A program made the translations under genes and the position numbers. A stretch of 63,707 nt of DNA, counting the filler, from Cercozoa sp. M6MM (taxonomy: Eukaryota > Protista > Endomyxa: Ascetosporea), in assembly GCA_040357565.1 (NCBI GenBank). It is 6 parts of 6 records of this genome, joined end to end, with 100 filler letters (N's around TTAATTAATTAA, not from the genome) between each part and the next. Parts side by side here need not be neighbours in the genome. Positions count along the whole stretch, not along the records: positions 32,035 to 41,071 come from JBDODJ010000497.1; positions 41,172 to 60,342 come from JBDODJ010000215.1; 4 more parts are not named here. One strand, given 5' to 3'. The first letter of the stretch is position 1. Every line of letters begins with the position of its first letter. Under the pieces are notes generated by a model. That model was given only the letters and a program-made list of their open reading frames with translations, was not told the origin of the DNA and searched no databases. Shown here in pieces: positions 38,155-47,466 of this stretch.

Positions 38155-40601
38155 ATGTACCGTCTGCTCGTGCACAACTGTTCGCAAGTGGTGACGGTGT
38201 CGCGCGACCCGTCAGTGCAGTTCAAAGTGGTATGCTGAGATCGATATGTTTGTTCGAGATTTTGAGAGAGAATAATTCAGGGCGACGACTTGAAAGAGTT
38301 GAACATCATTCCGGACGGTGCAGTGGTACACGTGTTCTTCATTAGTTTGTGTGTGTGTTTAGACTGAAGGACGGTTGTTGGTGTCTCAGTTAGTCGATGC
38401 AGAGGGCAAGATCGCCTCGGTAGGCACGTGGCACGAGGTGCTGCAGCACCTGCAGTGCGCCTCCTTGGCCGACGTCGTCGCCGCCGGACTCGTCGACACT
38501 GTAGTCGATGCTAAACGTCAGGTCCTTCTGCCTGGTGCTTTTTTCATCCCCTTTACTTCCCTCTTTACCCCTCCCCCTTACCCTTGACCCCCTAAACCAG
38601 GCTTCTGCGATGGGCACACTCACGCGTGTTTCGCCGGCGATCGCGTGCACGAGTTCGAGCTCAAGTTGGCCGTATCGAGTTGTTCTTACCCCCCCCCCCG
38701 ACCCTTTTATGCCCCCCCCCCCCCGCAGGGTGCGTCCTACATGGAGGTGCACGCGGCAGGTGGCGGCATTGGCTACACGGTCGAACAGACGGCGCAGGCC
38801 TCGGAGGATACGGTTTATACCCACCTTATCCCTTTACCCTTTACCCCTTGCTCCTTACCCCTTATCCTTACCCCTTACCCTTACCCCTTTATCCCTTACC
38901 CTTTACCCGTACCCCTTTATCCCTTTACCTCTTACCCCTTTACCCCTTTACCCCTTACTCCTTACCCCTTACCCTTACCCCTTTATCCCTTTACCCCTTT
39001 ATCCCTTACCCCTTTATCCCTTTACTCCCTGGCCTTTACCCCCTTACCTCCCGCAGTTGTACGACCTGCTGAGCAAGCGTGTGACGCGTATGCTGCGACT
39101 CGGAACGACTCTCGTCGAAGTCAAGAGTGGCTACGGCTTGTCCAAGCAACGCGAGCTGCGCATGCTGCGCGTCATCGATCGCGTGGCACGGTAGTTTACC
39201 CCCCTGTTTAGCCCCCTGTTTACCCCCTCCCAGTGAGCATGAGGCCGACATTGTGTCGAACTTTTGCGGAGCGCACTCTGTGCCCAAGGGCATGACCGCT
39301 TCGGATGGTACCCCCTGCCCTCCCTTACCCCTACCCCCTACCCTCTTTACCCCTTACCCCCCCCCCCCAGCTGCCGACGATGTGATCGCGCAGTTGACGC
39401 AGGTGAAGGAAGACACAGGGTACCCACACACGCACTCTTATCTATCCAATTTTTTAATAATGACGCTCCCTTAATTAAAATACATCTGCCCCTTTACAAA
39501 ACAACAGTGCCACTCTGTGCGACGTGTTCTGCGAGACCGGTGTTTTCGAACGCGACGACACCGAACGCATCCTGCGCGCTGCCACCGAAAAGGTACGAAG
39601 GGGGGGGGGGTAAACTGAGGGAAGTGAAGGGGGGTAAAGGGATAAAGGGGTAAACCTTCAGGTGTGTGCAGGGCATGCTTCTGAACTTCCACGGAGACGA
39701 ACTGAGTCACACCGGCGCCTGCGAAATGGCCGCCGACTTGGGTGGTAGCTTTACCCCCACCCCTAGCCCTACACCCTACCCTCTTACCCCCTCCCAGCCC
39801 GAGCGGTGTCGCACTGTGAACACGTGACCGAGGAGGGCATGCGCAAGATGGCGGAGAAGAAGGTTGACTGTTGTCTTACCCCCCTTACCTTCCTTTACCC
39901 CCCCCCCAGGTGGCAGCAGTATTGTTGCCGACGACGGCGACGGTGTTGCAGATCGAAATGCCGCCGGCACGTGCGCTCATTCAGCATGGTATTTGCGTCT
40001 TTACCCCCCTCTTTACCCCCCTCTTTACCTCCCTCTTTACCCCCCTCTTTGCCCCCCAGGTGCAATCGTTGCTCTGGGTTCTGACTTCAACCCGTAAGAT
40101 GTTTTACCCCCACCCCCTTTACCTCCTCTTACCCCCCCCCCCCGTAGGAACGCGCACACGATGTCGATGCCGCAGGTGATGCATCTGGCCTGCACACACA
40201 TGCGCATGCAGCCTGCTGAGGCTCTGGTGGCCGCCACACTCAATGCTGCCTACTCCATGGACCGGTTTCTTATCCTCCTACCCTCCTACCTTCTCTTACC
40301 CCCCCCCCCCTCACATACACACACACACACACACACATACACACACACATACACACATACAGAGAGGCGACGCACGGCAGTCTATGTGTCGGCAAGCAGG
40401 GCGACCTGGTGCTGCTGGCAGCGCCGACCTTTGCGCACGTGGCCTACCAGTCGCCTGCGCCCATCAGCGCTGTCTTCAAGAACGGTACTGGCTTCCCTTT
40501 AACCCCTACTCCTCCTTTTACCCTTACCCCCCCCCCCCCCCCCCCCAGGCAAGCAAGTCTTCTCAGACGCCAATGCCGCGCTATTCTCGTTTGAGCACTA
40601 A
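38155..40601 (+). CDS. hutI: Imidazolonepropionase (HutI/AMDHD1), histidine catabolism
   Basis: 16 exons splice in frame: PGFCDGHTHACFAGDRVHEF, GASYMEVHAAGGGIGYTV, GTTLVEVKSGYGL, GAHSVP, DVFCETGVF, NFHGDEL, SHCEH, LLPTT, ALGSDFNPN, ATLNAA, GKQGDLV. Confidence 0.96.
38535..40548 (+). repeat. Degenerate (TTTACCCC/CCCTTA)n tracts filling hutI introns; longest 38815-39055
   Basis: Directly visible in introns 3-7 and 10-15; intron 9 (39593-39671) carries the G-rich orientation. Confidence 0.9.
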
Positions 40602-40719
40602 AAAACTGCACGACTCGACTGCTCAATTCACTCCCGATACCGCACGCGTACTGACTGAGTTAGGACTGAGTGAGTCCGCTGCATCGAGTTATCCGCGCCA
40701 GCGCAGTTTAGTCTGCAGG

Positions 40720-40946
40720 TCAGGCGGGACTGCCGCCGCTGAGTGCACTGCTGGTGAGGAAGTGCCGCAGCACCACCAGCGGCCGCGTGTCCTCGTTGTC
40801 ACTGCACACACACATACATGGGGGGTAAAGGGTGGGGTAGACTGGGGGTACCTGGGCGAGTGCATGAGTGCCGGTACAAACACGGACAGCAGCTTGTCGA
40901 GTGCGATGTTTTTGCCTCGTCGCAGCAGCAGTCGCAAGAAGCATAC
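40720..40946 (-). CDS. Last two exons of a RhoGAP-like (OCRL/INPP5B-type C-terminus) protein; remainder lost at contig join
   Basis: VCFLRLLLRRGKNIALDKLLSVFVPALMHSPSDNEDTRPLVVLRHFLT... resembles the FLxxLL...LxxxF...LL.P...HFL end of OCRL-type RhoGAP domains; it is not DHODH sequence. Confidence 0.45.
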
Positions 40947-41071
40947 CTACACACACACACACATACATGCATACAGGCATACATACATACACACATACAC
41001 ACGTACATACACACATACGTACATACACACATACATACATACATACATACATACATACATACATACATACA

Positions 41072-41171
41072 NNNNNNNNNNNNNNNNNNNNNNNNNNNNN
41101 NNNNNNNNNNNNNNNTTAATTAATTAANNNNNNNNNNNNNNNNNNNNNNNNNNNNNNNNNNNNNNNNNNNN
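41072..41171. other. Artificial contig-join linker
   Basis: N44-TTAATTAATTAA(41116-41127)-N44; different genes on either side. Confidence 0.95.
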
Positions 41172-41235
41172 ACAGGGGGGTAAATAGGGGGTAAACAGGG
41201 GGGTAAACAGGGGGGTAAACAGGGGGGTAAAGCAC

Positions 41236-43085
41236 CAGCGAGCGCGACGCAGCTTGGCGGCGTGGATCTCCTCGCGCTTCTCCACCACAGCACCGAGCAG
41301 CTGCCGCAGCTGCGTCAGCATCGGGTCACTCGCCACGTCCGCCTGGAAGCAGGGGTGTCAAGAGGTAGCGGATGGGTCAAGAGGTAGCGGATGGGTCAAG
41401 AGGTAGGGGATGGGTCAAGAGGTAGGGGAAGAGTCACGCGGAAGGTGGGGGGAGGTAAAACCTACATGAGCCTTGGTGGCGTCCAGGTCGCCCTGAGGAA
41501 CGTTGGGACATGACACGTTGATCACCAAAAAGTCGGCACTGTCATACAGCTTGGTCACGCTCGTCACGTAGTCTTGCACCTGGGGGGGGGGGGGNNNNNN
41601 NNNNNNNNNNNNNNNNNNNNNNNNNNNNNNNNNNNNNNNNNNNNNNNNNNNNNNNNNNNNNNNNNNNNNNNNNNNNNNNNNNNNNNNNNNNNNNTGGACG
41701 CAGGCTAGCGGGGGTCCGTAGGGGGAGTAAGTAGGGGGCACCCAGAGGGGGGTAAGTAGGGGGGTAAAGGGGAACACACTTGCCAAAACGCGCCTTGAGT
41801 CGCTGCAGCGCCGCGTCGACGCCCTCACTCGGCAGGCCGTACCGATTAATCACGGCCTCTACAAAAGTACATGCATATATAGTACATGCATATATAGTAC
41901 ATGGATATATAGTACATGGATATATAGTACATGTATATATAGTACATGTATAGTACATATATGAGTACATGTATACATAAGTACATGTAATATAGTACAT
42001 GTCTATAGACATGTACATATGTACGTATATGTTCATGTCGACATTTGTACACAGGTACCAGTGCTGTCGTCCTTAAAGACGCGAGGAAGTGGGTTGCCCT
42101 GTCGTAACATACAATTTATATATATATACCATGTATGTATATATATATATATATATGCATGGGTATACAAATGTATATGTATATATATGTAGGTATACAT
42201 ATGGATATGTATATATATGTAGGTATACATATGTATATGTATATATGTAGGTATACATATGTCTACCTGTTGCGGCTCAGGCACGACACTGCCGACCTCG
42301 ACAAAGCCAAAGCCTTGGTCCAGCACACTGCATACATACATACACATGTACATATACAGAAACATACATAGAGATATACAAAATTACATACATATACATA
42401 CATGCATACATGTATATTATTTAAGGGTACGCATCCACACATGAGGCATTCTTGTCGAAACCCGCCGCCATGCCTGCGTACCGGGGGGGGTAAAGTGGGG
42501 GGTAAAGTGGGGGGTAAAGTGGGGGGTAAAGTGGAGGGTAAAAGGGAAGGGGTAAAAAGTGGAGGGAAGGAGATAAAGTGGGGGCGGGTGAGGGGGTAAA
42601 AGAGGGTACCAACAGGCGAATCGACGTGCAAGTGACCGCAGATCGAAGTGCGCAACATTGCCCTCTCCTCTGTGTCACAGGGGGGGGGGGGTAAAGGTAC
42701 AACACCACAGCAGGCACAAGTACCCTCAGAGAGATCAGCGGCGTGACTGCCTAGGTTAAGGAAGCGCCGCACATGCCGCGGCTGCTGCAGCACGCGCATG
42801 CAGACCGAGTGCAGTGTCTCCGGAGACAACACGTAGGCTGCAGTATCCCTCAGATATACACGCAGGTACCAATCCGAACAAACCAGACCTACATGACACC
42901 GGCAGGAACAGGCCCAGCGGCAGCGACTCCAACGGCATCTCGCCACGTGCCACGGCCAGTGCAGTAGGCACCACCAACACTCCCGTCGCTCCCAGCAGCG
43001 CCAACATGCGGCCCGAGAACGGCGACTTTGCCGAGCCGCCACCCGCGGCGCGCCCGAGCTTTGCGGTCGCGGCGATCGATCTCAT
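41236..43085 (-). CDS. DHODH: Dihydroorotate dehydrogenase, class 2 (mitochondrial), N-terminal part; C-terminus lost at contig end
   Basis: Presequence and hydrophobic span (MRSIAATAKLGR...MLALLGATGVLVVPTALAV), SPETLH, PVGMAAGFDKNA, GFGFVEVGSV, QGNPLPRVF, VINRYGLPSEG, DYV...ADFLVINVSCPNVP. Confidence 0.95.
41595..41694. other. Scaffold gap (100 N) within DHODH
   Basis: Plain N run next to poly-G; probably hides the GVNxGKNK exon. Confidence 0.9.
41865..42420. repeat. Purine-pyrimidine alternating minisatellites in DHODH introns (15-mer AGTACATG[C/G/T]ATATAT; about 30-mer ATGTATATGTATATATATGTAGGTATACAT; CATA-type)
   Basis: Tandem copies at 41866-42040, 42170-42260 and 42330-42420. Confidence 0.85.
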
Positions 43086-43346
43086 TTTCCCACTACTGAG
43101 TGGCACTCAACTGCACGCGCACACACCCACACACTGTGTACCCTAATTATCAGGACGCTTCTTTTGTACAATGGCGATCGAGCCAGGACACAGGACAATC
43201 TGAACCGAAAAAAACCCGGACACTCCCGCAAGTCACCACAAGGTTAGAGGTCACTCGAAGCTTATCAGGTGCGTGATGATTGTGCTGCAGGTGCACTGCT
43301 GACACGCGGGAATGGTGTTCAGCTGTTTTGTTGCGCGCAGACTGAG

Positions 43347-44364
43347 ATGCTGGGAGGAATGAGATCAGGCCGCCGTGCTGCGCAGCAGTTTGTGCGTGTA
43401 TCACGCCAGCAGCAGAGCCGCATGTTTGCCCGCATGCGTGCCGCCATGGTCGTGAGGTAGAAATTGTTGTATTTTGTGTGTGTGTGTGTGCGAAACGCTT
43501 GTCATTGACTGGTGTGCTTTTTGACTTGTCGCAGCTCGCAGTCGATGCTGTTGTCGAACGCAACGGGTGCGTCGCTGCTGGAGGCGATGGCTTCGGACTT
43601 GTTGTCGTGCGAGGAGGAGGAGGATGACGGTAAGGACAAGTTAGTACTGCTGTGAGAGAATGCCTGCTTCCCCTTTGTGTAAGCTTGATTTCTCGCCTCG
43701 TGTGTGTGTGCGTGTTTTCTTTTTGTTTCCTTGTTTCACATTGTTTTTGCGTTTTCACGTGGCTTCTCGTGTGTGTGTGTGTGCTTTGCTTTGCTTTGCT
43801 TTGCTTTGCTTTGCTTTGATTTTGGGGCTGAGGGCTGAAGGTGGTTCTGGCAATTCGAGAAGGTTTGGGGACATCAAATACGGTTGGGAACGCAACTGCG
43901 TGAGCAGCCTCAGCTACCGGTACACGGCACGCTAGCTTTGGAGCTAACAATTGTCAGCGTGTTTGTGTTCTTTGTGCAGGAACGCCAGTTCTGTTGTGTG
44001 CTCTTTTGTGTCCCCTTCGTACGTTTCTTTTTGCCTTTTGCAACCTTTGCTTGTGTTAGCTTTGTTTTGTTGAGTTGCATTTCAATATAAATGGAGAATA
44101 CAAGCTTGGAGGAATTTTGTTTTGTCTGTGTGTGTGTGTGTGCTTACTTTGCGTGTGTTGTGTGCTGCACAGACGTTACACGTCCATCTTGATGATTCCT
44201 GTGCTGTGCCTGCGCAGACAATAGCGGGAAAGCCCGATAAGCCAGTGCTTCCTCCTTCCCTCTTTTGCCCCAGTGTTTTGAGAGTGAACGCATGGCCGTG
44301 CTCTGTGGTCTCTGTCTCGAGTGCATTCTTCTGTTTGTTGGGCACAGCAGGCCCAACAATATAA
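43347..44364 (+). CDS. About 70-aa mitochondrial-type microprotein (plant NFD6/NOXY2-like pattern) with candidate alternative last exons
   Basis: Exons 43347-43456 and 43535-43629 give MLGGMRSGRRAAQQFVRVSRQQQSRMFARMRAAMVVSSQSMLLSNATGASLLEAMASDLLSCEEEEDD, ending at a strong phase-1 donor G|GTAAG. Family similarity is from recall and weak. Confidence 0.6.
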
Positions 44365-44791
44365 AGATGTCGACTGAGCGGGCGTAGTGCTGAACGTCGT
44401 TTCGTCGTAGTCCGCTGTTGCGTCTTCCGTTTCCCGTTCGGATCGTGATTAAACCCAGCTTTGTTTCTTCCTTTTTATTCGATTCCTGCACTTTTGCTGC
44501 CCATGGTTGGCAAACACATACCAGTATAGCTGAGACGCAGTACTGCAGCGCAGCCGGCCGCCTCGCGAGCTGACGACCAGCGTTTTTCGCCGCCATCTAG
44601 ACCGACAGTATCGTATGCTGCCCACGCGACGTGATAATTGCAAAGATCCCACGGTGCTCCGCGAGGACGGAAGAAACGGTCGCGACCTGACCAGAATGGC
44701 TTCTGCTTAAGCTTGCTGCCTTCGCATCTCATGTTGCGAGAGTGCTTTGGGCGAAACAAACGTTACGATTTGACTCAGAACCCAGGCAGCA

Positions 44792-47123
44792 ATGAGTAAC
44801 TATGACTTTCTGAGCGGCTTCAAGCAGAGTGCTGAAACCAGTTCTGTACGAAATTCCTTTGAAATCTCGCCTGCTTGAGTTCTTTCTTTCCGTATACTAT
44901 GCAGGGTCCAAACCTCAATCAATTCGACCCTCTGTCGAAGGAATGGAGTGACACAGACGAAGGATCGAGTGTCTCGCAATCTGAACAATCGGGAGTGCGC
45001 GAGATCTTTTCGCTCGATACTGGAGAAGACGATGAGGCACCTGCACGAGGTTCCTTGATCGTGCGCAAGCCAAAAATGTCTCCTACAGCAACTCAGTTGA
45101 CAAACATGTTTCTCGATTTGAAAGGTACTGCAGTTCAGTTTAAATGTGCCTGTATTGGATAATTGTGCAACCCACCCTATCGACAAACCCAGCGTGTGCT
45201 GTTTTTTTTTCAGTTGAAGACTTTCAGTTCGCTGTTGACCAGCAACAACGCACAGAGAAATCGTCGCCTTCGAGCTCGGTGTCACCCAGCGTCGAGGAGC
45301 AACACTACCACCTGAGTCATAACTTGACCAAGGCAGATGCAGAAGACCTAACAGAGTTAAGTGACTGGCTCGACACGGGTGGTAATATCGTCGTAAACTG
45401 CAGAAACCACTGTTTTTCTTTGGATCTCTCGCAAATTCACCTCAGGATTTGAACGAAAGGAAATACAGTCATCCTCAACCTCGCGTTCCATTGAAGGTTC
45501 CATAAGTAGCGGCTTTGGAGACGCGGATATTGTTGACAGAAGCGAACGCGGTCTGAAGTACCGCAGATCGGTTCATGAAATCAAAACCTCGACGTCCTTT
45601 GGCGCCGTTCAACAAACTATCGACGCGGTAAGAGTTGCGTAGTTATGGACGCATTGAACCAATTTCTGTATTGTCGCCGGTTGTTTTTTACCATTACCAG
45701 GTGACCAAGGCCTACAATCACTTTGATCGAACCGACGTTCTCCAAGAGCGCTTCCACAGGTACAGTAGATTTATCCATGTTTTCGACGTGTTGAGTTGAG
45801 TATAAGTTTACACGCGTTTGCAGAATCGAATGGAAGTTTGAAGTCAGCGGAGAACCGTTCTTGCTCTCGCTTGTGCATTATGTAAGACTATTCACCAGAG
45901 CTACATCAGCATGGATGTTTAAACAGTTATCTGGAGACGATGAAACATCCTCGAACAAAAGAAGGATTGATGTCAACGGTGCTCTGCGGCTTTTTTGTCT
46001 TCAGTATCTCTGAGATGTCTTCGTGCAGGGACGTTGGTTGTTGAAAAGCGACTTCGTGGCATCGAGGCACTTGAGAATTGCGACTACGAGGTGATACTAA
46101 AGAGCAAGCAAGAACGGCGTATCGCCAGAGCGTTTGTCATCGTGCAGTTTGACAAGAAGCTCTCGCTCGGTACAGGAGTTTTCGCGTCTTCAGTTCTTGT
46201 CTCTATATTTATATATATATATATTAGCGAGCGTACTATTGTATTTGCAGGCTCCTCGAAAAGCGATTATCGCAAGGGTTTCAAGTACGGTAAAATAGAT
46301 TGTCTTTGCCACTCAGCCAGGGGTCCTCCGGGTCTTCGCCTTTCAGGCTCCCTTGTTTTAATTTTCACAGACCTCGTTGTCGGAAACCTGTCATTTGATT
46401 CAATGCGAGTTGACTATGCCGCCAGGCAGGTTTCCGACAACCTGACTCCTCGGTCGGTTTTCCGTTCATAAATTGTGGTTTGTGGACAATTTTTTGACTG
46501 ATGCTTACCAGAGAGCTCTGCACGACGGAGCAGCTAGAGAAAAATTGGGAAAGACGTTTCAGTCAATCGGGCAACTGGCGAAAATCAAAGTAACCCCCTC
46601 TATTTGATTGCTGAGTACCCCTTTGCCTGAAAAGGTGTATCGCACCAGGCCATATGGGTAATTGTACATTCTAGGAACGAAATACTGTGGAAATTCCTGC
46701 TCGAAGGCACCCCTAGGCATCTAGAGTTGGTCCATACCACGTCTAACGGCAAAGTAAAGCTGTTCCTTGATGGGAACATTATTCATCGGCAGAAAAAAGC
46801 TCTTACCTCGCCAAACGACCACTTTCAGCGCGTGTGCTGGTACCTTTAGTTGCTAATTTTCGGTACTTTAGTCTTTCATTGCTGAACCACAGGGAAGCTG
46901 TCGTTGAAATTGGTGAGCACGCTTGTGAAATAATAGTGGAGAAGAGCTACGTAAGTTGCAAACTTGTGCGTGCGAGCAACATGTTGGTTTTGAAACTCGG
47001 ATGGTGGGTTTACTGCTTGAGCAGAAAGCGACGACATACAACTTGTACTGCGACAAGGTACTGCAGTTGACAAATGAGGCTTGCCGCTTCGGCTTTGTGA
47101 CATTCTTGTGTTCAGTTTGGTGA
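44792..47123 (+). CDS. Protein with an acidic/Ser-rich N-terminus and two FAIM-like beta-sandwich modules
   Basis: IEWKFEVSGEPFLLSLVH...NKRRIDVNGTLVVEK and ILWKFLLEGTPRHLELVHTTSNGKVKLFLDGNIIH...EIGEHACEIIVEK...TYNLYCD match the FAIM pattern W-x-F...LxH..SGK..(I/L)x(V/L)(D/N)G. End approximate. Confidence 0.6.
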
Positions 47124-47466
47124 AACTGCTATTCCCATGACATGGTATTCTCGCTGTATGCTCAGGTCCCTTTCGAAGCCATGAGGCGAATCGTTCGCAA
47201 AGCAAATCGCAGTCGTTTTTGAAAACGAATAAAAATTGTTCTTCAGGTTGCAAATTTGATGGATCGAAGGACACTGAAGAACTATTTTTGTAAATTTACA
47301 GTGCACGGAAGTGCAACGATTCGGAATCGAGCCAAACTGAAGCCAGGCAGCTGCCTGCAGTAAAACTGGAAATGGAAAGCCGAATTAGTTCTAAATAAAT
47401 ATCTCGGACCTTGAACAATCATTTTACTGTCCTCGTACCTTAGTCTGGCCTCAGACTCAATGCTAA

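Noticed and set aside
38815-39055. Interstitial telomeric repeat
   Set aside because: The unit is CCCTT(T)A (G strand GGGTAA(A)), not the CCCTAA/CCCTAAA of TTAGGG/TTTAGGG telomeres; it is degenerate and confined to introns. The organism's own telomere repeat is unknown.
40720-40946. Continuation of DHODH across the linker
   Set aside because: No DHODH C-terminal motifs (KxxPD, NTT, GGLSG); the sequence looks like a RhoGAP-type terminus of another gene.
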